A stretch of DNA of 64,000 nt from Flaccisagitta enflata (lineage: Eukaryota), in assembly GCA_965153355.1 (NCBI GenBank), contig OZ231126.1, positions 35,588,001 to 35,652,000 of the forward strand, in the 5' to 3' direction. Made by a program: the position numbers and the translations under genes. This document shows positions 1 through 12,599 of this stretch, piece by piece; the stretch's first letter is position 1; each line of letters starts with the position of its first letter. The notes under the pieces were generated by a model, which searched no databases, was not told the origin of the DNA, and saw only the letters and a list, made by a program, of their open reading frames with translations.

Positions 1-366
1 TCCTGATACGCTGTGTAGATGTTCCCTTTCACGTCAAGACCGATGCACGCTCTCTGGATAAATGAATAGATAAATGAACGAATGATTGAATAATGTTTGA
101 CCAACTGACCGTCTTACGGACATACTGATTGATGTATTGAGTGACTGAAAGACCGATAGACCGGTCGACTGATTTTTCAAATAAATGGATGAACAAAGGA
201 CCGGTCGAATGGAATGAACAAAGGAATGAATGAATCAATGAATGAATCAATGGATGAATGAATTGATGGATGAATGAATTATTAGATGAATGAATGGCTG
301 TCCCCGAAATGTACTCACCCTTGTGAACTGCGATTTTGGAGATACGAGGATATCTGATGATCAGGG

Positions 367-423
<57 letters not shown>

Positions 424-667
424 GACAGAGAGAGAGACAGACAGAGACAGACAGACAGACAGAGACAGACAGACAGACAGACAGACAGAGAGGTGAGAGA
501 GAGGTGAATGAGGAAGGTTTAAACAGTTACTTAGTCAATGCAGATTGAAGAACAACTCATAACCAAATGAGACGAAACACAAATAAACAAGCCGTACAGG
601 GATAAATGTTATCAAGCTCTGTGTCTGTCCGTGTCTTATCTGGGCGTTCTTATCTTTCTTCTTTAAC

Positions 668-714
<47 letters not shown>

Positions 715-715
715 C

Positions 716-758
<43 letters not shown>

Positions 759-759
759 C

Positions 760-835
<76 letters not shown>

Positions 836-1076
836 TTTTTCTTTCTGTCTTTCTTTCTTTCTTTCTTTCTCGTTCTTTCTTTTCACCTCCTTTCTTTATA
901 TCCTTTCTGTCTTTCCCGTCTTACCATCGCATTTTGGCACATCACAACGGCCCCATTTTCTGGTTGTCGATTTCCCCCACCAGTCTTTGTTCCAACCGCT
1001 GATGTAACACCATGGCTGAAAATTGGGAATAAGTAATTAGAAAGTTACATATTCTGATTATATGAAGGGTGCTAGC

Positions 1077-1415
1077 TAGGGTGACTGAAAATATGGTCAT
1101 ATTTGAATCTGGTCTCCCTCGCGGGAGAAATGATACCATTTCCATCACAGATGACACCCCTAAAATCTGGTGGCAATCAAATGAAGTTTACTCATGGCCG
1201 CAACCCCCCCTCATTTCCCATAGAAAATGTACAGGAAGGATTTTGGCCTCTGCAGCTTCCTATCTTTTATAATGGGAATGGGGTGGGGTTGCGGCCATAA
1301 GTAAACTTTGTCTGATCATATCCAGATTTTAGAGTTACCATCTATGATGGAAATGGTCACATTTCTCCCGCAAGGAAGACGAGATTCGGATTTGACCATA
1401 TTTTAAGTCACCCTA
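1077..1415. mobile_element. hAT-type MITE
   Basis: TAGGGTGACT...AGTCACCCTA termini, ~90 bp imperfect TIRs, 8-bp TSD GTGCTAGC on both sides. Confidence 0.9.
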
Positions 1416-2533
1416 GTGCTAGCGCCCGTTTAGCAACAATTGCTACTGCCCTGATTAGAAATCTATAGCTATGGTGGCTACCGAATGGTACAGTAAAACA
1501 CAATTTCCAAGGTTCCTAAGTACCTTTTGTATGGTATACAAAATCAAATGAATTCATCTTTTTAAATCTAATCTATCTACCTGTTGCAACATTATTGTTA
1601 TTATCATTTAATATTCTTTTTTTACTCACCTACACATGTATAATCAAAGAACGGTAAGAACCCATGGGAAATGTTTGATTGGAACATTATACGGGGTGTT
1701 CTGATTTTAAGAGTTACAACTGAAAGTGCTTATATACTGTAAGTAGTATGTTTACAATGCAATGCATAAAAAAGATACAAGCTTTAGTTCACGTTTTAGT
1801 GACTTAAAGTTATTTTTTCTAGGTTTCTCTTGAGAGCATTTAAAAGAGTTTTAAAAAATGAAAAAATTTCCACCAAGCCCAAAGAGTTTGATCCATTTGT
1901 CTAAATTTTATAATAAAACAAAGATAAGGTATCAAAAACAGCAATCAAAATTATGATCTTTTTTTGCTGTTCTCAAAAAGGGACTGTTTTTACTAGAATT
2001 TACATAACTCTTAAACTAATTGAGCTACAGATGCCAGATACGACTCAAATTGAAGATTTTTTGAAGGGCTTTCCAAACATCATGGATTTTTCTTTGTTCA
2101 AACCTAATTCAAAGAATCTCAATATGATTAAAGACAATTTTAAGAGTCAATTGTTAGATCTTACATAACTCTTTAACACCTTGTCATCAAGTTTTGATAA
2201 AATCTAGACATATTGATCTAAAAGTCTGAGATTGTTGGCGATTACTTCATTTTTTCCAACTCTTTAGATTCCTCATGGAAAAAAGTTTGATAATTCAATT
2301 TTGAGCATAGAAATCTGGAATAAAAGATTTGTAACTTTTTTTATGCATCGCACTGTACCATGACCGATGATTGGCGAGACTAGGGTTACAATCCATTGCA
2401 CTAGTTTACTGGTTACAAAAGTGTTTAGATTAATCTGGTTTAGTTTGGCGCGACTTTTCCAACGGCTCCAATCCATGAGGACTATGATATCCATTAGTTT
2501 TGAGATTATGTAAGTGTAAAGATTAGATAGTTA

Positions 2534-2917
2534 ACAGGATGTGCAAAAAATTTGGTAAAAACATAAAAGCACAAAAACCACACTTCTTAATGGCCCAGTA
2601 ATACAAAATTTGAGGTTCTCAAATGAAAGATATTTTAATTTTCTTTCATTTGAGTCCAATCTGGCATCTGTAGCTCAAACCGTTTAGACAGGAGAATGAT
2701 TTGAAGAAAAACTTCCAGGTTACTGGTAAAAATTCTGTGAAATGGGAAAGTATAATTCATTCCTTTGCCAACCAAGATTATTCTTATGAAAAACGGCACA
2801 TTCTAACATCTAGTAGAACAAATTAGGAGGCTATACCCCAAATTTCGTATTACTGGGCCATCAAGAAGTGTGGTTTTTGTGCTTTTATTTTTTTACCAAA
2901 TTTTTTGCACATCCTGT
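2534..2917. mobile_element. MITE with TA target (ACAGG termini)
   Basis: ~75 bp TIRs ACAGGATGTGCAAAAAATTTGG.../...CCAAATTTTTTGCACATCCTGT flanked by TA; same family as 27820-29038. Confidence 0.85.
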
Positions 2918-3473
2918 TAAGATTAATTTTAAGACTACATTTCCTACCGCTCCACATCCATTAGGATTATGAAATCCATTAATTTTGAGATTATATTTGT
3001 GTAAAGATTAGATAGTTACAATAAGTTTGAGGACTACATTTCCTACCGCCGCGGATCCGTCTGGGTTTCTGCAGTAGTTTTCAGCGAGACCGTCGAGGGG
3101 ATTCCTAAATGGACACGCATTCAAAATCATCATGACTTTAAATCTCATTTGCATATCGTCTTACCGCTGCAGATCCGTCCGGGTTTCGGCAGTAATTTTC
3201 ATCCAGGCCATCCGTCGGATTTCTGTGGGGTTTTTATGGTTTTAATTGCCAAATCATTTCTCAACTACTTTAGGTCATTGTTTGTTCTTAAATACTTACC
3301 TTTCCAAAATTTCGTTATCTTTCTAAATCCATAGAACATTCATTTTTCACAGAATTTTTATTATAAGGCTGTTCTTTAAAAAGGCGGGAGTGACTTAAAG
3401 AGAATGTTGGGTAGGTCGCCTTCCAATGCAGTACTTGGACATTCAGATGGATGGACAGATGAATGTGAGGTAC

Positions 3474-4188
3474 TGTGAATATATCAATAATTGCACACAT
3501 TCAGAACAAGATTATTTTCAAGATGCGTCATAGTATAGTAACAGAAACTAGAATATGCTGGTTCAGATACAGGAATTACCCCGTCGGGAATAGCGGGACA
3601 AAAGAAAACGACATAGTTTTCTGTCGACAATATCCAACTGATAATACGAAAAAAGAGGGATTCTCGAATTCTCAGAAGGGCTGGGTCGCCTGCCAAAAGA
3701 CACCCCCAGGCTAAACCCTTAAGAAAAAAAGACCATGGAAGGGCCCGCGGGTTAAAGTATCCTGCCAAACCTCAGCGTTTAGGGGTAAATGAATATAAAA
3801 ACCCCAAGAAATAAGCTGAGTGGCTGACGTAAGCCGGACTGAGGCATAATACTGTCATGACTGGTAAGAAGAAGAGAAAGACCCAACGGATGCCCTGAAT
3901 GAACTTTCCAGCTTCGCAGCCGCCACGCTGGTCTCTGTACTTGAGCAGGAGAAGAGAGTGATGTGTCATAACTCCTAAGGATGGATTGGGATTGGGAAAG
4001 CCTCTGATAAATAGCAACCAAGAAACTCTGACGTTAGCAGGGAAGATGAGAGCAAATGAGGAAGGTAAGGCTAGAGTGGGGAGGTGACATTACTACTACA
4101 GTGCTAAGACCGAGAGAGTAAGAGTGTAAGAGAAACAAACGAATAAAGTTTCCAGTATTGTCTTTACTCTGAAGCAGTATTGTCAACA
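3474..4188 (+). mobile_element. Possible solo LTR
   Basis: TG...CA ends with near-TSD GTAC/GCAC; TATA-like ATAAATAG near 4007; AATAAA at 4142 shortly before the CA end. Boundaries uncertain. Confidence 0.3.
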
Positions 4189-6146
4189 GCACTCTTCAGA
4201 ACACATAAGTCACGGTGTACCGGGTCATGAAATAAGGGTTTCAATAGGTTTTTAAGCTGAATTTGGATTCGTAAGTGTTCCGAATTGTCCAACTGAGCTC
4301 ATCCGCCTCATGGGGCATCACTGTAGTGTGTATAGGAGTCATGAATGACAATTTTGACCTATATAATGCGCGACAACAGGCCACAAATTCACCAGTTACG
4401 GTTGATTTCGGAGCTATTTTGCTTTACAATTTACTTCGACATTGGCGCTTTTTACTTACCCTATGCAATGTTCTGGAGAGTATGAACCTCCCAGTCAGTT
4501 CACATACAGCGGTTGACACCTAAATTACTGCTCACAATGTTCGTGGGCCTTGGTTTGCAACCAAAAACCCTAAAAGTCAAGTTACATGAACCTTTCTCCG
4601 TTTACAAAGCTGATTTGCATTTTCTGACATGACCGCTATTTTACATGTTTTTCTTTAATGGAGGACCATCATATTCAAAATTTTGTAGAGCAGTCTGGTC
4701 AACAACATCCTTACGCATCATAAGCCTGCGGTGGTTACCTACCGGAGGTGTTTTTGTGCTTATTTCTATCTTAAACAAGAAAAAAACTATGGCCATAACA
4801 ATTTTTGACAATAGTATTTATTGGACGTGAAATTATATCACAGCCTCATTTTTGCATATTTTGCATTTTGAAAAACATGGCCCTGACCCCTGATGTGTGT
4901 AGATCAGGGCCATGTTTTTATTTTTTCGATTTTTTTCATTTCTATGCAAATTTATAATTTCACGTAAGGTTACCTCAGCGAAAAAAATGGGAATTCGCGA
5001 TTCTCAGTCGCATTTCAGAGTAGCCTTACAGACAAGAGGAAAGAAACGAATTTTTGAGCAAACAAGGCCAAATACACGGCTATCCCAGTCGCGTGAGGGT
5101 GGGCAGGGGCAATATTTGAGGTCACTTGACCACTTGGGCAGGAGCAGTGAGGCCAAAGACTGCAAAAACCAAAAAAAAATTAAAGTGTGACCGACGGACC
5201 GATGGATGGACGGACAGACAAAGCGGGGTGTAAGGTTGTGTAGCACACGACTAAAAAGTGATAGAAGTGAAGAAGAAAAGAAGAAGAAGAAGAAGAAGAA
5301 GAAGAAGAAGAAGAAGAAGAAGAAGAAGAAACTATTTCAGAATAAAGATATCAGTACCACGAAAGTTTAAGCGAGCAAAAAGGAAGAAGAAGAAGAAAAA
5401 GAAGAAGAAGAAGAAGAAGAAGAAAGAAGATGAAAGTAGATGAAGATGAAGATGTAGATGAAGAAGTAGATAATGAAGATGAAGAAGATGAAGAAGAAAA
5501 AAAGAAGATCGAAAGGTTGAAAAGGAATAGAAGTGTTGTAAATGAGAAAAAAAAATATAAGAAGAGGAAGAAGAGGAAGAAGAGGGAGAGGAAGAAGAGG
5601 AAGGAGAAGAAGAAGGAGAAGAAGATGAAGAAACTAAGTATTTCAGAAGAACGATATCAATTACCACTAAAGTTCAAGCGAGCGACGGAAGGAGAAGAAG
5701 CATAAGAAGAAAAGGAAGAAGAAGAAGTAGTAGCAGAAGAAGAAGAAGAAAAGAAAAAGAAAAAGAAAAAGAAAAAGAAAAAGAAAAAGAAAAAGAAAAA
5801 GAAAAAGAACAAGGCCAAGTAGGCGTTACCGACCGACTAACCGACCGACCGACCGACCAACCAACCAACGGACACAGCCAGTTATAGAGGTGCTTTGTCG
5901 CACCTAAAAAGAAAGTCGGAAGATTGTGAAAAGGAACAGTAGTGGGGTAAATGAGAAAACAAGCTCAGGCGGGCAACTCGATGCGTCATCTGCGTGATAT
6001 CAGAAGAGGTGTAACAGACGGATGAATGGACGGACAAATGGACTGACTGACGGATGGATGGACGGACAGACCCTCTTATAGAGATGCGCTGGCGCGTGGA
6101 TATCGGCTGAGCAAGTTACTGTCAAGTGGATCGGCGAGGAGACTTA

Positions 6147-6491
6147 CCGTATTTGCTCTAATTAGCGCCCCGGGCGCTTTTGAAATTGAAATTTAACATT
6201 GTCAGCTTAAGCTCAAATTAGCGCCCCCTGTTACCAACAAAAGTATCTCAATATCTATTAAATCTATCACTCTTCCATCATTTCAAGGTAAAAACAGACC
6301 TCAATTCATATGCTCCCTATGATAATTTGTATTTTGTTTAATAATCTACCAGGAAAAATACTAAAATTAGTCTAAATGATATATTTCTATTCATTGATTC
6401 CTCTGCAATTTCCTGAAAAATAAGTTGAGCTCTTTCACCAAAAGGGAGGGGGCCCTAAATGGAGGGGGGGCGATAAACAGAGCAAATACAG
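6147..6491. mobile_element. Tc1/mariner-type MITE
   Basis: TA|CCGTATTTGCTCT...AGAGCAAATACAG|TA. Confidence 0.8.
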
Positions 6492-6896
6492 TACTCTAGA
6501 GCGCGAAAAAGTCGCACATTTCTTTGGGAAGAAGCAAAAATGATGAGCTTCAAGCCTCAAGATCGCCCGAAATTCGGCGAAGATACAGTACAATGGGAGC
6601 AAAGACGACCTAGACTGGAGGATAGATTTTAGGTATCTTAATTTAATTTGATTATAAAAAAATTGAGATCTATACTAATTAAAAATTACTCTAGTGCTTG
6701 AATATGTTAACTTTTCTCATTCTTTAATTTGTGACTTGATTTCATAAGAACTTCATTTTTCCTACATAGTTTTTCAGATTGGGCAGAAAGTTTTATAGAA
6801 TTTAGAAGAAAAAGCTTCAAAATTACAGTCCCCGACTGGGGACTGTAATTTTTGAAGCTTTCTCGTCGCGTAAACGCGACTCGAGAAGATACACTA

Positions 6897-6934
<38 letters not shown>

Positions 6935-7093
6935 TTTAAAAAAATTTCAAAAAATTTTTTTTGCATTCAAAAAAAAAAATTAAAAAAATTTCAAGAAAAA
7001 AAATTCAAAAAAAAATTTTTCAAAAATTAAAAAAAAATTTTTTGAAAATTTTTTTTAAAATAATTGATGTTCATGATGACTTGCATACCATGT

Positions 7094-7240
7094 GTCCATG
7101 ACAGCATACCTTAAAGTCCATGATGGCATACCTTAAAGTCCATGATTTGGCATACCTTAAAGTCCATGACAGCATACCTTAAAGTCCATGACGGCATACC
7201 TTTAAGTCCATGACAGCATACCTTAAAGTCCATGACGGCA
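7094..7240. repeat. ~22-bp minisatellite
   Basis: GTCCATGACAGCATACCTTAAA repeated ~6-7 times. Confidence 0.85.
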
Positions 7241-7439
7241 CACCTTGAACATTAAACACTGAAGTCCAAGAAGGCAAACCTTGGTCCTTGGAGTCCTTGA
7301 CGGCAAACCTTTTTGTGTGTGTATGTGTGTATGTGTGTGCGTGTGCGTGCGCGTGCGTGTGTGTGTGTGTACTCCCACAACAGTAATATATTACTAGACA
7401 AATTGAGAAATATTTCACTGTCTCCTGCGTTTCAAGCAT

Positions 7440-8516
7440 GCAAAAAAAGTGTCAACCAAAGAGTCAACCAGGTCAACCAAAGAGTCAACCAGGTCAACCA
7501 AAGAGTCAACCAGGTCAACCAAACAGTCAACCAGGTCAACCAAACTATCAACCAGGTCAACCAAACAGTCAACCAGATCAACCAAATAGTCAACCACAGA
7601 GTCAACCAGGGAGCCAAGCAAAGAGTCAGCCATGGAGTCAGCCATGGAGTCAGCCGAGGAGTCAGCCAAGGAGTCAGCTAAGGAGTCAGCCAAGGAGTCA
7701 GCCAAGTGAGTCAGCCAAATAGTCAGCCAAACAGTCAACCAAAGTCAACCAAAGTGTCAACCAAAGTGTCAACCTGAGAGTCAATGCAAAGTATTTCCTA
7801 GACAGCTGTGGTGGACACAAAAGCGAGTCAACCAGAATGTAACTAAGTGAGTCAGCAAAGTATGAATATTAACATCAAAGACCAGATTTCCTGGTTGCAC
7901 TTTCTGGTTGACTTTCTGGTTGACTTTACAATTTGACTTTTTGGTTATTTTAGTTGATATTTTGAATTGACATTTTGGTGACATTTTGGTTGACATTTTG
8001 GTTGACATTTTTGATGATATTTTGGTTGAATTTTGGTTGACATTTTGGCTGACATTTTGGCTGACATTTTGGCTGACATTTTGGCGAACATTTTGGTTGA
8101 CATTTTGGCTGACATTTTGGTTGACATTTTGGTTGACATTTTGGTTGACTTTCTGGTTGACTTTCTGGTTGACTTTCTGGTTGACTTTTTGGTTGACCTT
8201 CTGGTTGACATTCTGGTTGACTTTTTGGTTTAGTTATTGGTTTAGTTTTTGGTTGACTTTCTGGTTGACTTTCTGGTTGACTTTCTGGTTGACTTTCTGG
8301 TTGACTTTCTGGTTGACTTTCTGGTTGACTTTCTGGTTGACTTTTTGGTTGACTTTTTGGTTGACTTTTTGGTTGACTTTCTGGTTGACTTTCTGGTTGA
8401 CTTTCTGGTTGACTTTCTGGTTGACTTTCTGGTTGACTTTCTGGTTGACTTTCTGGTTGACTTTCTGGTTGACTTTCTGGTTGACTGTCTCAGACTCTAT
8501 GGTTACACTGTTTTGA
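7440..8516. repeat. Inverted pair of 12-bp minisatellite arrays (foldback-like)
   Basis: (AGTCAACCA...)n at ~7450-7780 and its reverse complement (TTCTGGTTGACT)n at ~7900-8490. Confidence 0.8.
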
Positions 8517-9304
8517 ATAATACCTCTGCAATTGTTAACCATCATTAAGCATGTAATACACACATGCAGATCACAATTCTTAATGATCTTTTTTCCGTTT
8601 TTATATTCTACTCTTGCTTTATTCTTTAGTTTTTTGCTTTATTTCTTTTCTTATGTTACTGTCTTAATTCTTTTTTCTCTTTGTTTCTTTCTCTTTTTTT
8701 TTTAATTTTTTTTTTGGGGGGGGGGCAGGCGCGGGGCCCCCCTGAGGCGCGGGGCCCTAGGCTTAAGCCTATTAAGCCTATTGGGTGATCCGCCTCAGCA
8801 TGGTAATTATCATGGTGAAGATAAACTTAGCTTTTGTTTAGCACTGTCATGGGGGGGGACATTTTGAAGACCTGGTCAAGCCGCATCCAGGCCTCCCAAT
8901 GGTCAATCCGAGTCTCGACCATCATCAGCCGAGCCAATCAACGATCACATAACTGCCTTCAATCCGGCATTTTTCAGGTGTGTCACTTTTGCCGATTCGA
9001 GTGTAAAACGCTTTTTACAAAACCTTTGAATAGTTCTAGTCGCGATAATAATTCAAAATCTTAGTATTGATATTTTTGACTTAGATTGAAATCGTCGATT
9101 GAAATCGGCTCTAATTCAAAGCTGCGTCAAAAATTAGTCGCAGGTGGTTCCTAGTAATTGCAATTGCTAACGCTACAATAAATCAAAACTGTAGCGTAAC
9201 TCTCATTCTCTCTCACTTACACGAATCTTAAATTTCTAATCGATTCGATTCAAGAGTTTAGAGTTTTGATTTAATGTGTTCTACTTTTGATTCTACTCAT
9301 TTAG

Positions 9305-9447
9305 CGCGGCACAAGCAGCGCAAGCCGCGGCCGCGTATCATTCTCATCACGCTCAAGCCATCGCAGCCATCACAGCCGGGCTCTTTCCTTCTTTCCATCA
9401 CCCGTTATCCAGAAGCCCGCCTGCCTCCAGTCCCGGAGCTGATAAAG
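9305..9447 (+). CDS. Gbx: Probable N-terminal coding exon of the Gbx gene (AAQAAQAAAAYHSHHAQAIAAITAGLFPSFHHPLSRSPPASSPGADK)
   Basis: Polypyrimidine acceptor ...ctactcatttag| and donor G|gtgagc. The open Ala/His-rich frame is typical of a transcription factor N-terminus, and its phase-1 end fits the next exon. Assignment to Gbx is inferred from strand and phase only. Confidence 0.6.
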
Positions 9448-10702
9448 GTGAGCAGCCCGTTTGAAGTGATCAGTTGAAGAATTGTCCTTGATGAACTTTT
9501 CTCATTCAAATAAGTGAAGAGCCGTTCTTTGAACGTTTTTAAAAGACAATAGTGACTGGTGAAAGGGGAAAATGCTCAAGAGCCGAAAAGCTGATCTCAG
9601 TCGCAAATGGCAATCTCAAAATCTATTCTAATTAATGCTTTCGATACAAATCGCGAAATTTTATTCATGGATTTTGCTGAAAATTTTCGTCTTGTAACGA
9701 GTTTACTTACACATAAAACAACGAAGAAAACGCAGCTGAAAGTAAAATAAGCAATTTGATATTTGCTGCGTTAGAGCTTTCTCTACGTTTCAAGAATACC
9801 AATAAAGGCGGCTCTCGCCGTAGGAAAAAAGTCGTAAGTGCGGGGTTTTGGAATTTTTTTGATTGTGTTTTGTCTGCTTTTTTTTCTCCGGGCATCTTTT
9901 TTGCTTGTTCAACTCTCTACATGTGTTTCTCTGTTTGTTCTTGTTGTTTGCCCGTCTCTCTCTTCTTTTTTTCTTTCTCTTCTCCTTCTCCTCTGATTCT
10001 CTCTTTCTCTCTCTCTCTTCCCTTCCATCATGTAACACGGGGTTACAATATTGTTGCGGACAGGTGGACAGAGGCATCCAACCCCCATCCACACCTCAAT
10101 CTCAACCCCCACACACAATCATCAAGACCGCTTGTTTTTCCATTTTTCCACTTGGATGGACAGACGGACCATCAGACCAATGGATGGACTGACGGACAAA
10201 GCCTCTCATAGCGTCCAGAGTTTGAATGAGAGAGAGACTGTGCTGCCAGGATGCACAAACATCACCTGGGACATTTGAAAGTTTAAATAGACTTCAACTA
10301 ACTCGATTCCTTGTTTTTGGAAAAAATGCGAAAAATGCAAAAAAATATAAAAAGATTTAAAAAACCAAAGCTCTAAAATTATCGATTGCACAGAATTCTG
10401 CTTGGCGTTATCTGAAAGAGGAGAATTAGCACTTTCTTAGCTATGAATTTCATGCGTAGTCCCATTCTGCCCCCAAAATTTATCAACTTTCCCAAACGAC
10501 TTATAAAACAAAGGGAAATCCGTTTTTCTCTGCAGGACTCAAAAAGACTGAAGGGACTTCGTCTCTTTGACTTTTTTCCAAATCAATAATTTTCCATCGC
10601 TTTTATACTGATGAAGTGAATCAGCCATTATATTTGTTACTTACTGTTTACATTCTTTACAAAACTATCTCAACTGCTTTGATTCTGCCCCTTCATTTTT
10701 AG

Positions 10703-11041
10703 GTTCACCAACTCTGCCCAAATCTGAGCCTCGTTCCTCCTCCTCCTCCTCCTCTTCGCATTTCTCCTACATTCCTTCTTCTTTGTCTCACGGGTTATCC
10801 CCCGAGGATGAGTCTCGCCTGCGTGGAGGGGGCGCTCTTACGGGAGGTGCATTGGCCGGAGGCGCTCTTACCGGGGGCGCACTCGCTAGCGGTGCACTGG
10901 CCGGCGGAGCTCTGGCCGGGGGCGCTCTTAGCGCCGCGGGGCTTCCGGCGAGCTTGGCCGGAAATCTTCATTTGAATCCCTTTCCCGGTCTTTTGGGTAC
11001 CATGCCTCATAACATTTCTCCGGAAGCGGCTCTGCCTCCTG
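10703..11041 (+). CDS. Gbx: Internal coding exon, Gly/Ala/Ser/Pro-rich with (GGAL[T/A])n repeat
   Basis: cttcatttttag|GT acceptor and G|gtgagt donor; 339 nt, phase 1-1; GC-rich open frame matching ORF 10783..11157. Confidence 0.7.
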
Positions 11042-11081
11042 GTGAGTACAGCCACGTAATTTGTGCCAGTCGGCGACGATG

Positions 11082-12066
11082 CACAGCGCAATCTACAGTA
11101 GAAAACCATAACATTATTCCCCCGGGGAAAAGCCTCGATATCCCCGGTAAAAGATAGTTTAAGTCTGGAAATCCCCGGGTATATCCCCCATTGAATTGGT
11201 GAAAAGAATGTTTTAGGGAATATAAGGGGGTGTCTCCCGGGGATGTCCCCCGGGGATAGCCCTTGTTGAGTTAGTTGAGTTATGCTGAATCATAAATTCT
11301 TCATGTAAAAGTTAGTTTGAACGGGGAATTCCCCGGGGATTTCCCTAAGGATTCCCTAAGAGGAATCCTTTTTGGGCAGTGGCCCCGAAGGGGTCGATGA
11401 CCTATGCTTTCACACATATGAGGAATTTTCTCCTTCTTCTTCTCCTCCTCCTCTTCCTTCTTCTTCTCCGTCCCCCCCACTCAGATCCCAGTCTTGAGGC
11501 CCAAATTCCAGTTTCAAGGCCCAAATTCCAGTCTTGAGGCCCAAATTCCAATCTTGAGGCCCAAATCCTAGCCTCGAAGCCTAAATCCTAGCCTAGAGGC
11601 CCAAATCATGGCCTCGAGGCACAGATCCCAGCCTTGAGGCCTAAATCTCCACCTCGAAGTTCAAATCCCAGCCAAGAGGCCGGATCCCAGGAGGAGGAGG
11701 AGGAGGAGAAGAAAGAGAAAATTCCCCATATGTGTGAAAGCATAGGTCATCGACCCCTTCGGGGCCGCTGCCCTGCTCCCTCCTCAACTTTAAGCACAAC
11801 CTACCCAGGCAGGGCACGGGTACCGCTGACCATCTGACGCTTTTGCGACTATTGAGACTGAGTTCTAATTGTCCACGAATAATCTGTGAATGAAAAAAAC
11901 TCAACCAGGGATATCCCCAGGGGAAAACCCCTGCTTATTACCCAAATCATTTCTTTCACAAACTTAAAAGAGGATATAACTGGGGATTTCCAGACTCTAA
12001 TTATTTTCTACCGGGGATATTGAGGCTTTTCCCCCGGGGAATAATATCACTAGAGATTGCACTGTG
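11082..12066. mobile_element. Transib-like non-autonomous DNA transposon
   Basis: Termini CACAGCGCAATCT...AGATTGCACTGTG, 5-bp TSD CGATG (11077-11081, 12067-12071), long imperfect inverted arms. Confidence 0.8.
11374..11853 (+). mobile_element. Helentron/HINE-like element, family A (nested in the Transib-like element)
   Basis: GGGCAGYGGCCCCGAAGGGG start after a T run; ~60 bp subterminal inverted repeat (11716-11773); internal 20-bp minisatellite; 3' tail GGGTACCGCTGACCAT. Confidence 0.7.
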
Positions 12067-12284
12067 CGATGATTTTTTTACTGCGTGCAGTTGTAATGTC
12101 CATACTAACTAAGAATATCTGAACCCTTTGAAGTACAAGTCGTTTAAGAAACTAGTGGGCCGTTTCATTGTGCATCAGAGGATTATTCTAAGCCTAAGGA
12201 GAAGGTAATTTTGAAGCCTAGTAGTAGTAATAAAGGACTCGACGGTTTACTCACAATCAACCATTCTGCTTCTCATATTTTCAG

Positions 12285-12599
12285 GTTACCCTCATCATCC
12301 TTCTATCTACCGGCATTCTCCTCTTTCCGGTCGCATTCCTTCGCCGACTCTCGGCGGCGTATCCTCCTCCTCCTCCTACCCGACGACTTCTTCGTCTTCG
12401 GCATCGGCCCTTGGCTTCCCATTTGCCGGTGGGATTCCGTCGGCGTTGTCCCAGGCAGTCGCCGGTGCACATCCTCCTCCTCCTCCTCTGCATCCTCCAC
12501 GAGCGTCGGTGTCGCCGTCGGAAATCTCCGTTTCCGCTTCGCCGACGCATTCAGGCGCCGGAAGATTGACCCCAACTGGCACAGACGCGGCAAATAACC
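12285..12599 (+). CDS. Gbx: Internal coding exon, Pro/Ser-rich (GYPHHPSIYRHSPLSGRIPSP...TDAANN)
   Basis: catattttcag|GT acceptor and C|gtaagt donor; 315 nt, phase 1-1; open frame; phase-compatible with the exon at 49814. Confidence 0.7.

Noticed and set aside
7415-8563. ORFs with SQPGQPK, LTFW or NQKV repeats
   Set aside because: Open in several frames on both strands because of a 12-bp minisatellite; no splice or start context
11089-11107. RSS nonamer-like TAGAAAACC after the left heptamer
   Set aside because: Spacer is about 10 nt rather than 12 or 23, and there is no counterpart at the right end; too weak to call an RSS
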